Assembly: GCA_963665325.3 (NCBI GenBank)
Contig: OZ224045.1
Coordinates: forward strand, 2,464,001-2,528,000
From: Alphaproteobacteria bacterium
GTDB lineage: Bacteria > Pseudomonadota > Alphaproteobacteria > Bin95
DNA length: 64,000 nt
Direction: 5' to 3'
Shown here: one piece after another, positions 10,747-20,200 of the stretch
Layout of the letters: every line of letters begins with the position of its first letter
How positions within the stretch are numbered: position 1 is the first letter of the stretch
Position numbers and translations under genes: made by a program
The notes under the pieces: model-generated
The model's input: the letters and a program-made list of their open reading frames with translations, nothing else
Database searches by the model: none
What the model was told of the DNA's origin: nothing

Positions 10747-12584
10747 CGGTCGTCGTCCTGTTCCTCGGGGGCCTCGGGCAGCGCCTCGCCCGGCTGGATC
10801 GGGCGTATATCGGCGATTGCAGCGTCGGGGAAGATTTCCAGCGTCTGCTGTGCAAGCGGGTGTTGCCTGGCGCGCTCGAACAGGTCGCGCCGGGCATCCT
10901 CATGCTGTTCCGCCAGCGTGGCCCCGCCGCCGTCTTCGACCGCGGACACCGTCCAGGGCCGGCCGGTCCAGCGGCTGAGGCGTGCGCCGACATCGGTGGC
11001 GAGCGAAGGCGGGGCTTTCTCGCCCAGCCTGAGCGCAATATGCCCCGGCTCGAAGGAGACGAGATGCGCGTCCCGGACCAGATGCGAATACAGCCGCGGC
11101 TCGCGCCGTTCCTCGAACAACGCCACGACGGCGTTGAAGTCGGGAAGCTCGACAGGCTCTGGAGGCGGCGGAGGCGGCGGAGGCGGCCTCTCCGGCATGT
11201 CTCCGGCCGGCCGGGCGGGCTCCCCGGCCATGGCAGCGGCCAGGTCGTCTTCGGTCGGCGGCGGCGGCTCCGGAGGAGGGGCGGGAGCCGGTGCCGGTTC
11301 GCTTCTCTCCTGCACAGGGGCCGGTGCGGGCGGCGGCCCGCGTCTTTCTTGCACAGGGGCCGGCGCGGGAGGCGGCTCGCTCCTGCGTTGCGGCGTTGGA
11401 GCCGCTGCGACCGGCTCGCCGGAGCGGAGACTTGCAATCGCCTCTGCCGGCGTCGGCAGCCCCGCGGCATAGGCGATGCGCAGCAGCACCATTTCGAAGG
11501 CGGGCTTGGCAGCCGGCGCCGCGTTCACTTCCTGGATGCCTTTCAGCACAAGTTGCCAGACGCGTGTCAGCGCCGGCATGGACAGCGAGTCGGCGAGTTT
11601 GCGCCCGCGCACCCGCTCCGCTTCCGGCAGCGCGGCGTCCTCCGCCTCCGCGGGCAGGACCCTGGCGCGGGTCAGCCGATGCACCAGTTCCGCCATGTCC
11701 TGGAGCACGAGGCCCGGATCGGCGCCCGCCCGGTACATTTCGTCGAATTGGGCGAGCGCGGCCGCCGGCTCGCCGCGCATCAGCGCCTCGAACAGGTCGT
11801 AAATGTCCAGCCGGTCGGCCAGCCCCAACATTTCGTTCACAGCGTCCGCAGCGATCCTGCCGCCGTCAGCCTCCGCGATGGCCTGGTCCAGCATGGAGAG
11901 GCCGTCCCGCACCGAGCCGTCGGCGGCGCGCGCGATCCGCGCCAGCGCTTCCGGCTCGATCTCCGCGCCTTCCTTCGCGACCACGCCCGCGAAATGCGCC
12001 TCCAGCGTCTCGGCCGGAACCCGGCGAAGGTCGAAGCGCTGGCAGCGCGAGAGCACTGTCACCGGAACGGCGCGTATCTGGGTCGTCGCGAAAATGAATT
12101 TCACATGCCCCGGCGGTTCCTCCAGCGTCTTCAGCAGGGCATTGAACGCGCTCCGCGACAGCATGTGCACTTCATCGACGATATAGACCTTGAAACGCGC
12201 CGAGACCGGCCGGTAGCGAACCGCCTCGATGATCTCCCGCACATTGTCCACGCCGGTGTGCGAGGCCGCGTCCATCTCGATGACGTCGACATGTCGGTCG
12301 GCGGCAATAGCCGTGCAGGCCTCGCAGACCCCGCAAGGCTCCTCCGCGGGCGCCTCCCATTTGCCGTCCGGGCCGAGGCAGTTCAGCGCGCTGGCCAGGA
12401 TCCGCGCCGTCGTCGTCTTGCCGACCCCCCGCACGCCCGTGAGCATGAAGGCATGAGCGATCCTGCCGGCCCGGATCGCATTGGTGAGTATGCGCACCAG
12501 CGCTTCCTGGCCGATCAGGTCGCCGAAGGCGGCGGGCCGGTATTTGCGGGCCAGCACCCGGTAGGCGGCGGGAGTCTCGCTCAT
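10743..12584 (-). CDS. dnaX: DNA polymerase III subunit gamma/tau
   Basis: YRVLARKYRP, GVRGVGKTT, DEVHML, SRCQRF; Pro-rich linker. Confidence 0.97.
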   Translation of the reverse strand: MSETPAAYRVLARKYRPAAFGDLIGQEALVRILTNAIRAGRIAHAFMLTGVRGVGKTTTARILASALNCLGPDGKWEAPAEEPCGVCEACTAIAADRHVDVIEMDAASHTGVDNVREIIEAVRYRPVSARFKVYIVDEVHMLSRSAFNALLKTLEEPPGHVKFIFATTQIRAVPVTVLSRCQRFDLRRVPAETLEAHFAGVVAKEGAEIEPEALARIARAADGSVRDGLSMLDQAIAEADGGRIAADAVNEMLGLADRLDIYDLFEALMRGEPAAALAQFDEMYRAGADPGLVLQDMAELVHRLTRARVLPAEAEDAALPEAERVRGRKLADSLSMPALTRVWQLVLKGIQEVNAAPAAKPAFEMVLLRIAYAAGLPTPAEAIASLRSGEPVAAAPTPQRRSEPPPAPAPVQERRGPPPAPAPVQERSEPAPAPAPPPEPPPPTEDDLAAAMAGEPARPAGDMPERPPPPPPPPPEPVELPDFNAVVALFEERREPRLYSHLVRDAHLVSFEPGHIALRLGEKAPPSLATDVGARLSRWTGRPWTVSAVEDGGGATLAEQHEDARRDLFERARQHPLAQQTLEIFPDAAIADIRPIQPGEALPEAPEEQDDDR

Positions 12585-12645
12585 CGCCAGCAGTCTAGCG
12601 CGGCCGGTGCCGGTGGAAACGCGCGAACTTTCGCAGGGGATAGCA

Positions 12646-12739
12646 GAGACCGGCAGGCGACCCGGACCGGAAACTCGTTACGGCTGCTTCCTTCCGGACC
12701 TGACCGGGTTGGCGAGGGGTCCGCCCGCCGCCGGTCTCC
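12646..12739 (-). ncRNA. ffs: Signal recognition particle 4.5S RNA
   Basis: Reverse strand contains the domain IV core CCGGTCAGGTCCGGAAGGAAGCAGCCG; ends are complementary (GAGACCGG/CCGGTCTC); lies just upstream of dnaX. Confidence 0.95.
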
Positions 12740-12766
12740 GCCGCTTCTATAGCAGCGTGGCCGCTC

Positions 12767-13645
12767 TCAGGCCAGCGAGAAGAACGCCCCGAGGCGCTCT
12801 GCGGTCTCCTCCGGCTTCTCCTCCGGCAGGAAATGGCCGCAATCGAGGCCCTCGCCCTCCACCCGGTCTGCCCAGAGGCGCCAGATTTCGAGCACCGAAT
12901 CGCGCTTGTGCGGACGCCCGGCCGCGCCCCAGAGTGCCAGCAGCGGCGCGGCGATGCGCCGTCCCGCCTCGCGGTCGGCGGCGTCGAGCTCGCAATCGAT
13001 GGTAGCGCCGGCGCGGTAGTCGTCGCAGGTTGCGCGGATCGTCTCGGGCTCGCGGAAGGCGGCCAGATAGTCTGCCATCGCGGCCTCGGCGAAGCAGTCC
13101 GTGCCCGACCACCGCCCCGTCATGCTCTGCAGAAACCAGTCCGGGTCGCGCCCGATCATCGTCTCCGGGAAAGGCGTCGGCTGGGCGAGGAAAAACCAGT
13201 GGAAGGAGTCCAGGCTTCCGCGTTGCCCCTGGCGCTCGAACTGTTCCAGGGTCGGTACGATGTCGAGCACGGCCAGGCGGACGACGCGATCCGGATGATC
13301 GAGCGCCAGGCGGTAGGCGACACGGCCGCCCCGGTCATGCCCCGCCAGATGGAACCGCTCATGGCCGAGCCGCTCCATGACGCGCACCATGTCGGCCGCC
13401 ATGGCCCGCTTGGAATAGGGACGGTTCTCCGCGTCGTTCGCAGGCTTCCCGCTCCGGCCGTAGCCGCGCATGTCGGGGCAGACAACTGTGAAGTGCTCCG
13501 CCAGCCGGGGCGCTACCTCATGCCAGATGACGTGGGTCTGCGGATAGCCGTGCAGCAGGAGCACGGGCGGACCGCTGCCGCCGGTGCGCAGATGGATCGG
13601 GACCCCGTCACCCTCTACCCGGCGCTCCTCGAAGCCCTCGAACAT
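12767..13645 (-). CDS. Alpha/beta hydrolase, haloacetate (fluoroacetate) dehalogenase-like
   Basis: LLHGYPQTH, GHDRGGRVAYR (Asp nucleophile plus Arg pair), FHWFF, CDDYRAGA, CGHFLPEE. Confidence 0.85.
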   Translation of the reverse strand: MFEGFEERRVEGDGVPIHLRTGGSGPPVLLLHGYPQTHVIWHEVAPRLAEHFTVVCPDMRGYGRSGKPANDAENRPYSKRAMAADMVRVMERLGHERFHLAGHDRGGRVAYRLALDHPDRVVRLAVLDIVPTLEQFERQGQRGSLDSFHWFFLAQPTPFPETMIGRDPDWFLQSMTGRWSGTDCFAEAAMADYLAAFREPETIRATCDDYRAGATIDCELDAADREAGRRIAAPLLALWGAAGRPHKRDSVLEIWRLWADRVEGEGLDCGHFLPEEKPEETAERLGAFFSLA

Positions 13646-13673
13646 CGGCAAAAATCCAGCTTGGACAAGGGGA

Positions 13674-13750
13674 TGGTGGGTCCGACAAGACTTGAACTTG
13701 TGACCTCCGCCATGTCAAGACGGCGCTCTAACCGACTGAGCTACGGACCC
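13674..13750 (-). tRNA. tRNA-Val(GAC)
   Basis: Reverse complement GGGTCCGTAGCTCAGTCGGTTAGAGCGCCGTCTTGACATGGCGGAGGTCACAAGTTCAAGTCTTGTCGGACCCACCA folds as a cloverleaf with GAC anticodon and encoded CCA. Confidence 0.97.
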
Positions 13751-13838
13751 CCAAGAAGGCGCGCACCCTAACGACCTGCGCGCGCGCGCGCAAGCGGGGC
13801 GGGCGGTAGCCTGTTGCTGCCGGAGCGGTGCAGGCGGT

Positions 13839-14264
13839 TCATTGCGACCACGGGTTGAAGACCGGTGCACCGGTCCTGAGAAAATCGGCCTCGTTGCGGG
13901 TGCAGACGGTCAGGGAATGCAGGCGCGCAGTTGCGGCGATAAACAGGTCCGGCTGGCTGAACGTGATCCCCTTTTTCTTTCCCTCTGCAACCATGCGCCG
14001 CCACTCCAGAATCACATCTTCGTCCACGGGCAGGATGCGGTCCACGAACCAGGGTCTCAAGCGGCGCTCCAGCCAGTTTTCGAGTTCGGCACGGAAGGCA
14101 CGATCTGTTTGGAGCGCAACTCCATATCGGATTTCGGCCAGGGTCACGGTGCTGAGGAAAAGGGCATTCGCCGGTTGCGCGTCGGCCCAGGCCTTTACGC
14201 CTCGGTCGGGTCGCGTCTTGCGAAGCTCCGAGACAATATTGGTGTCGAGCAGCCATCCGGTCAC
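13839..14264 (-). CDS. vapC: VapC-family PIN-domain toxin
   Basis: WLLDTNIVSE, LSTVTLAEI, DLFIAATA, TRNEADF. Confidence 0.92.
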   Translation of the reverse strand: MTGWLLDTNIVSELRKTRPDRGVKAWADAQPANALFLSTVTLAEIRYGVALQTDRAFRAELENWLERRLRPWFVDRILPVDEDVILEWRRMVAEGKKKGITFSQPDLFIAATARLHSLTVCTRNEADFLRTGAPVFNPWSQ

Positions 14265-14539
14265 AAATCGACCTCGCGAACCGGGCTGCGTACCCCCTCG
14301 TGGCCGAAATCGAGCCGGTTCAATGGCGAAGACGACAGGAGCTCGTGCAGGCCGGCCCCTTCGCCCAATGCCTGAAGCCGCTGAAACTCGCCAACCGAGA
14401 GAATGACAGCCGTATCCCTGCCATGCACGGTAACCCGCTGCGGCTGGCCGGAGGCTGCCAAACGAACGACCTTGCTGAATTGCGCTTTGGCGTCTCCCAG
14501 CCTCCAGCCGGGGAGCGCCGCATAGTCGAATTCGGTCAT
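14261..14539 (-). CDS. Phd/YefM-family antitoxin
   Basis: WRLGDAKAQFSKVVRLAASGQPQRVTVHGR; overlaps the vapC start by 4 nt. Confidence 0.88.
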   Translation of the reverse strand: MTEFDYAALPGWRLGDAKAQFSKVVRLAASGQPQRVTVHGRDTAVILSVGEFQRLQALGEGAGLHELLSSSPLNRLDFGHEGVRSPVREVDL

Positions 14540-14660
14540 GGTGTGCTCCATATCGTGAATTGGACTAATGTGACCAAAATAGTCAGCACTGGAGCGAGCG
14601 GCAAGGACAGGCTTGCGAATTAACCGCATTGGTTTCGGTTTCGCGCTATATGCTGCCCCC

Positions 14661-15368
14661 ATGCGTTTGGATCGTCTCACCTGGCCTGAGGTCGGGGCCT
14701 ATCTCGACCGAGCGAACGGTATCCTGCTGCCGGTCGGCTCGACGGAGCAGCACGGGCCGAACGGGCCGCTCGGCACGGATGCGCTTTGCCCGGAAGCCGT
14801 GGCGCAGGTGGCGGCGGAGCGCCTCGGCATCCTCGTTGCGCCTACGCTCGCGCTTGGCGTCGCGCCCTACCACATGGCCTTTCCGGGCACGATCACGCTC
14901 ACGCCCGAGACCTTCCGGGCGGTGCTGCGGGAGACCGTCGGCTCGCTCGCCCGGCACGGCTTCGCCCATGTCTATGTGCTGAACGGTCACGGCGGCAACA
15001 TCCCCTTCATCCGCGAGGTCCTGAAGGAGCTGGAGGCTCCGCGCTGCAGGCTGCACAGCTGGTTCGCCGGGCCGCGCGTGCGCGCGCTTGCCAAGGAGCT
15101 TTACGGCAAGGCCGAGGGGATGCACGCCACGCCGTCCGAGATCGCGCTTGCCTGGCACTATGCCCCGGAGACCCGGCGCGAGGGCGTGGCCATGACGCCG
15201 AAATGCGCGCCGGGCGGCTTCGAGAAGGAACCGGACGCCTACCGTGCGCGGTTCCCGGACGGCCGCATCGGCTCCGACGCCTCGCTCGCCCGCGCCGAGG
15301 ACGGCGCGAGGCTGCTGGAAGCGGCCGTCGGGGATGTCGTCGAGGATTACAGCGCCTTCATCGCGTAA
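14661..15368 (+). CDS. Creatininase (creatinine amidohydrolase) family protein
   Basis: PVGSTEQHGP, GTD, NGHGGN, HATPSE. Confidence 0.9.
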   Translation: MRLDRLTWPEVGAYLDRANGILLPVGSTEQHGPNGPLGTDALCPEAVAQVAAERLGILVAPTLALGVAPYHMAFPGTITLTPETFRAVLRETVGSLARHGFAHVYVLNGHGGNIPFIREVLKELEAPRCRLHSWFAGPRVRALAKELYGKAEGMHATPSEIALAWHYAPETRREGVAMTPKCAPGGFEKEPDAYRARFPDGRIGSDASLARAEDGARLLEAAVGDVVEDYSAFIA

Positions 15369-16548
15369 TCGTTCCTTCGGCTGCCAGCGCGTCGATCTCC
15401 TCCTCGCGGAAACCGGCTTCGGCCAGGATTTCGCCCGTCTGCTCGCCGACGGCCGGGGGCTGGCGGCGGAGGCCGAAATCGTGGACGCCGATCTCGACGG
15501 GCAGGCGCGGCAGGCGCGTGGCCGGGCCGCCCGGAAGCTGCACGTCCATCAGCCGCCCTTCATGGTTGAGCTGTGGGTCGTCGAACAGGTCCACCGGCTT
15601 CGCAACGGGCGAGAAGGGCACCGAGATCTCCTCCAGAATGGCCGTCATCTCCGCGAGCGTGCGCGCCTTGACGGTCTCCGCGATGCGGGCGGCGATCCGG
15701 TCTCCCTCGACCACGCGGCTCTCATTGGTGGCGTTGCGAGGGTCGGCAAGCTCGTCCGCCCAGCCGAAATGCCCGCACCATGAGCGCCAGTGGTTGTCGC
15801 TGGTGATACCGATGAAGACCTGCTCGCCGTCGCCGGTCTCGAAGGTCTCGTAGATCGCCCAGGCGCGTGCGCGGGCCGGCATGGGCTGCGGCTCGCGCCC
15901 GGTGGCGCTGATGCCGGCCATGTGCTGCGACATGAGGAAGGCGGTCGATTCGAACAGCGCCGACTTCACGAACTGCCCCCTGCCGGTCGTCTCGCGCTCC
16001 TTCAGCGCGCAGAGGATGCCGATGACCGCGTAGCTGCCGCCCATGATGTCTATGATCGAGGTGCCGGCGCGCAGCGGCCGGCCGGGCGGACCGGTCATGT
16101 AGGCGAGGCCAGCCATGAATTGCACCACCTCGTCGAGCGCCGGCCGGTTTTCGTAGGGCCCGGAAAGGAAGCCCTTGAGCGAGGCGAAGATGAGGTGCGG
16201 ATTGATCCCGCTCAGTGTCTCCCAACCGCAGCCGAGCCGCTCCATGGTGCCGGGCGCGTAATTCTCGATCACGACATCGGCGCCGGCGGCCAGCCGGTGG
16301 ACGACCTCCCGGCCGCGGTCAGACTTGAGATCGACGGCGAGCGAGCGCTTGTTGCGGTTGAAGCCGCCGAAGAAGCCGGCGGCGAAGCCCGGCAGGCGGC
16401 GGGTCTTGTCGCCGTCCGGCGCGGGCTCGACCTTGATGACGTCTGCGCCGAGATCGGCGAGCACGAGGCCGCAGCTCGGCCCCATGATCGTCTGGCAGAA
16501 CTCCAGCACCCGGATGCCGGCGAGCGGGAGCGAGGCGTTTTCGGTCAT
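15358..16548 (-). CDS. CaiB/BaiF (family III) CoA-transferase
   Basis: PLAGIRVLE, LADLGADVIKVE, NRNKRSLAVDLK, ENYAPG. Confidence 0.92.
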   Translation of the reverse strand: MTENASLPLAGIRVLEFCQTIMGPSCGLVLADLGADVIKVEPAPDGDKTRRLPGFAAGFFGGFNRNKRSLAVDLKSDRGREVVHRLAAGADVVIENYAPGTMERLGCGWETLSGINPHLIFASLKGFLSGPYENRPALDEVVQFMAGLAYMTGPPGRPLRAGTSIIDIMGGSYAVIGILCALKERETTGRGQFVKSALFESTAFLMSQHMAGISATGREPQPMPARARAWAIYETFETGDGEQVFIGITSDNHWRSWCGHFGWADELADPRNATNESRVVEGDRIAARIAETVKARTLAEMTAILEEISVPFSPVAKPVDLFDDPQLNHEGRLMDVQLPGGPATRLPRLPVEIGVHDFGLRRQPPAVGEQTGEILAEAGFREEEIDALAAEGTITR

Positions 16549-16665
16549 CGGTCGCGAAACCTGTGCCTTGGGAATTGGAGCGCAGACTATGGGCCATTCG
16601 CACCCCGGCCGCGACGGGGCCATTTGTCCGTCGGAGAAGGTCGCGAAGCAGCAGCGGTGAACGAT

Positions 16666-16688
16666 ATCCATTCATGGCGTGAATGGAT
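16666..16688. promoter_or_regulatory. Perfect 9-bp inverted repeat, probable operator of the divergent promoter region
   Basis: ATCCATTCA-TGGCG-TGAATGGAT, AT-rich, between the divergent CaiB and QOR genes. Confidence 0.5.
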
Positions 16689-16847
16689 TTCATTCATTCG
16701 GGCCGTCAATCTCGGGTGTGTTCCGGTGTCGACAGCGCTGGGCACAGCTGCCGCACTCTTGTCAGGGCGTGTCGCCGGAGCAATGCTGCGCTATCCGTTT
16801 CGGAAGAGCCGGCCCTTCCCGATGATTGCATATGCCTGCGACAGCCC

Positions 16848-17825
16848 ATGCGCGTGATCCTTTGCCGCGAGCTCGGCTCGCCCGATGTGCTGACTGTCGA
16901 GGAGCGGCCCGATCCGGAGCCGGGCATGGGCGAGGTGCTGGTCCGGCAGGAGGCCTGGGGCGTCAACTATGTCGATGCGCTGATGGTAGCGGGCGGCTAC
17001 CAGCTGAAACCCGACCTGCCGTTCGTGCCCGGGCTGGAAGCCGCCGGGACGGTTATTGCCACGGGCTTCGGCAGCAATTTCTTCGAACCGGGCGACCGGG
17101 TGGTCGTGAGCCACCGGCCCGGCGCCTTCGCGGAACTGGCGACGGTCACCTTCGACCGCGTGAGGAGGGCGCCGCCGGAACTCGACATGGCGGAAGCCGC
17201 CGTGTTCCGCTCCGCCTACCACACGGCCCTTCATGCGCTGCTGCAGCGGGGACGGCTGGCGCCGGGCGAGAGCGTTCTCGTGCTGGGCGCGGCCGGCGGC
17301 GTCGGCATGGCGGCGGTGCATTGCGCGAAGCGCTTGGGTGCGCAGGTGATCGCCGCGGCGGCCGGAGAGGAAAAATTGGCCGCGCTTCGCAGGCAGGGGG
17401 CCGATGTCGTCATCGACTATCGCCAGGGATTCCGCACGGCGGTGCTGGCCGCGACCGGCGGGCGCGGCGCCGATGTCGTTTACGACCCCGTGGGCGGCGA
17501 CGCCTTCGACGAGGCGATGCGCTCGACCGCGTGGGGCGGGCGCATCCTGGCCATCGGTTTCACGAGCGGGCGTCGGCCGGTCGCCAAGGTCAACCATATC
17601 CTCATCAAGGGCGTGGAAGTGATCGGGGTGCGCGCAGGCGAGGCGGGACGGCGCAATCCGAACCTGCCCGAAGAGACCTGGCGCTACCTGACCCGCTGGG
17701 TGGCAGAGGACGGCCTGCGCCCACATATCAGCCACCGCATCCCGTTTTCCCGCGCGGCCGAGGCGTTGCAACTGGTGCTCGACCGCAAGGTCATCGGGAA
17801 GGCGGTGCTGGTCCCCGATGGCTAG
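16848..17825 (+). CDS. NADPH:quinone oxidoreductase (MDR family)
   Basis: [33 protein letters not shown]. Confidence 0.9.
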   Translation: MRVILCRELGSPDVLTVEERPDPEPGMGEVLVRQEAWGVNYVDALMVAGGYQLKPDLPFVPGLEAAGTVIATGFGSNFFEPGDRVVVSHRPGAFAELATVTFDRVRRAPPELDMAEAAVFRSAYHTALHALLQRGRLAPGESVLVLGAAGGVGMAAVHCAKRLGAQVIAAAAGEEKLAALRRQGADVVIDYRQGFRTAVLAATGGRGADVVYDPVGGDAFDEAMRSTAWGGRILAIGFTSGRRPVAKVNHILIKGVEVIGVRAGEAGRRNPNLPEETWRYLTRWVAEDGLRPHISHRIPFSRAAEALQLVLDRKVIGKAVLVPDG

Positions 17826-17902
17826 CCTGGCTTGCGGCCATCCGCGAAACGCTGGAATTCTGCCGATCCATCCGCAGCGATAAAAGAAAGGCGCGCTCCC
17901 CG

Positions 17903-20194
17903 ATGACGCTTCCGCTCGACGGCATCACCGTCCTCGATCTCACTTCCGGCCCGGCCGGCGCCTTTGCGGGAATGTTGCTCGGCGATTCGGGCGCGCGGGT
18001 GCTCCGCGCGGTTCACCCGGCGGCTCCGTTGCACCGGACTGGCGGCTTCACCGTCTGGGACCGCGGCAAGGAGGCATTCGACTGGGACCCCGAAGGCGCC
18101 GGAGCGGAAGATGCGCTCGCGCGCCTGCTGCCGGGTGCGGATGTTCTGTTGCAGGACTTCGCGCCCGCCGCGCCGCAACAGGCGCTGGTGGCGCCGGAGA
18201 AGCTGCGGGCATTGAATCCGCGCCTCGTCGCCTGCTCGATCACCGCCTACGGCATGAAGGGCCGGTGGCGGGACGACCCGCCGGTGGACGACCTGGTGAT
18301 GGCGCGCACCGGCATTCTCTCCGGCATGCCGGGCTTCAGGCCCGCGCCGGTGCATGTGCCGCATCCGCTGCCGAGCACCGGGGCGGCGTTGTTCGCCTGC
18401 ATCGGCGCGGCCGCAAGCCTGCTCGCGCGGGAGACCACGGGCCGCGGCCGCATCGTCGAGACCTCGCTGCTGGCGGGCGCGCTGCTCTTTCACCCGAAAG
18501 TGGTCGCCGAAAACATCCCGCCGCTCGTGTTCCAGACCCACCCTTCGGGAAGCGCGCCCTTCTACAGCCTCTATGAATGTGCGGACGGCGAATATATCCA
18601 GATCGGCTGCGTGCATGAGCGCTTCATCGCCCGCGCATCCGAGATCATGGGCATTGGCGAGCTCGTCGCCGAGCCCCGGTTCGATAATGTGCGTCGGGGC
18701 GACGGGATGACGGAGGAGGAGGAACTCCGCGCTGCGATCGCGGGGGCAATGAAGACGCGCGACGCCGCCGACTGGGCCGCCGATTTCGAGGCGGCCGATG
18801 TGCCGTTCGCGCCGGTCCGGCAGGGTCCGGTCGTCCTCGACGATCCGCAGATCCGCCACAATGCCATGGTGCTCGCGCTTGAGGACCCGGCGCTTGGCGA
18901 CACCGTGCAGATGGGTGCGCCGATCCGCTTCGCCGAGACGCCGGCGGACCCGAGGCCACGCGCAGTCGCTTCGGGGCCCGCGCCCGAGCTTGCGCCGTTG
19001 GCCGCGGAAGCCGTGCCGGCGGCAAGCGACGGGCAAGACCCGCCGCCGCTCGCCGGGGTCAGGGTGCTGGAGATCACGAACCTCATCGCCGGGCCGACGG
19101 GTGGGCGGCTGCTTGGCGATCTGGGCGCCGATGTGATCAAGCTGGAGCCGCCGGGCGGCGACATCTCGCGGCCCATCGGGCGCAATTACTTCTACAACCT
19201 GAACTTCAACAAGCGCTCCTTTTGCGTGGACGCGCGCAAACCGGGCGGCAGGGAAGCGATCCAGCGGGTGGCGGCCAGCTGCGACATGATGCTCGCCAAC
19301 CTCCGCCCCGGCGCGACGCACCGCATGGGCATCGGCGCGGATGTCGATCCGGAGCTTATCGAGACGCATGTCACCGGCTACGGCCTGACGGGACCCTACT
19401 CGAAGCGGCCGGGCATCGACCCGCTGGCGCAGGCGTTGATGGGCCTGTCGCGCGCCCAGGGCGGAAGCGGCAACCCGCCTTCCTTCGCTGCCCAGCTTGC
19501 GCCGACCGATTTCACCGCCGGCGCCATGGCGACGCTCGGCTCGATCCTGGCGCTTTATGCGCGCCGGCGGGGCAAGGCCTCGCGCCGGGTGGACAGCAAC
19601 CTGCTCAATGCCGCCGTGGTGCTGAGTTCGCCCTGGTTCGGAAAGTGGCAGGGCAAGCCGGAACGGCCGCTTGCCGACACCGGCCAGCACGGTATCGACG
19701 CTTTCCACCGGCTCTACCGGGTGGCCGACGGCTGGATCTATGTTGCGGCGGATACGGAGGAGGCGCGGGCGGCGTTGACGGGCTCGCTCGGGGTGGGCGC
19801 GATGGACCCCGCCGGCGGCGGGCATCCGGCAGAATCGCCGCTGGCCCGGGCAATGGAAGCTGCCTTCGCCGCCCGCCGGGCGGAAGAGGCGTTGGAGGCG
19901 CTGAACGCGGCCGGCGTGCCTGCTGCGGAGGCGCGGAGCGGGGCGAGCGAAGTCTTCTTCGACGACGAGTCCGCGCACGCGAACGGCCTGGTTACGGAAG
20001 CCTGCCACCCGACGGCCGGCCGAATGCGGATTGCATGGAACTATATCGGCTTCCGCGACACCGCATCCTCCGCCGCCCGGCCGACGCCGTTGCTCGGCGA
20101 GCACAGCGCCGACGTGCTGACCGAAGCCGGCGCGGATGCAGCCGAGATCGAGGCACTGTTGGCCTCGGGCGCGGTGCTGGCGGAGCGCGGCTAG
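17903..20194 (+). CDS. Tandem two-domain CaiB/BaiF CoA-transferase
   Basis: Two repeats: PLDGITVLDL..LGDSGARV and PLAGVRVLEI..LGDLGADVIKLE..NFNKRS. Confidence 0.88.
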   Translation: MTLPLDGITVLDLTSGPAGAFAGMLLGDSGARVLRAVHPAAPLHRTGGFTVWDRGKEAFDWDPEGAGAEDALARLLPGADVLLQDFAPAAPQQALVAPEKLRALNPRLVACSITAYGMKGRWRDDPPVDDLVMARTGILSGMPGFRPAPVHVPHPLPSTGAALFACIGAAASLLARETTGRGRIVETSLLAGALLFHPKVVAENIPPLVFQTHPSGSAPFYSLYECADGEYIQIGCVHERFIARASEIMGIGELVAEPRFDNVRRGDGMTEEEELRAAIAGAMKTRDAADWAADFEAADVPFAPVRQGPVVLDDPQIRHNAMVLALEDPALGDTVQMGAPIRFAETPADPRPRAVASGPAPELAPLAAEAVPAASDGQDPPPLAGVRVLEITNLIAGPTGGRLLGDLGADVIKLEPPGGDISRPIGRNYFYNLNFNKRSFCVDARKPGGREAIQRVAASCDMMLANLRPGATHRMGIGADVDPELIETHVTGYGLTGPYSKRPGIDPLAQALMGLSRAQGGSGNPPSFAAQLAPTDFTAGAMATLGSILALYARRRGKASRRVDSNLLNAAVVLSSPWFGKWQGKPERPLADTGQHGIDAFHRLYRVADGWIYVAADTEEARAALTGSLGVGAMDPAGGGHPAESPLARAMEAAFAARRAEEALEALNAAGVPAAEARSGASEVFFDDESAHANGLVTEACHPTAGRMRIAWNYIGFRDTASSAARPTPLLGEHSADVLTEAGADAAEIEALLASGAVLAERG

Positions 20195-20200
20195 GCCGCC

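Noticed and set aside
13674-13750. tRNA-Val as an integration site for an island
   Set aside because: No integrase, and I saw no duplicated tRNA 3' end in the window.
16826-17902. Apparent 1122-aa protein starting at 16826
   Set aside because: The first ~360 codons overlap the real QOR gene in another frame; the CaiB fusion starts at 17903.
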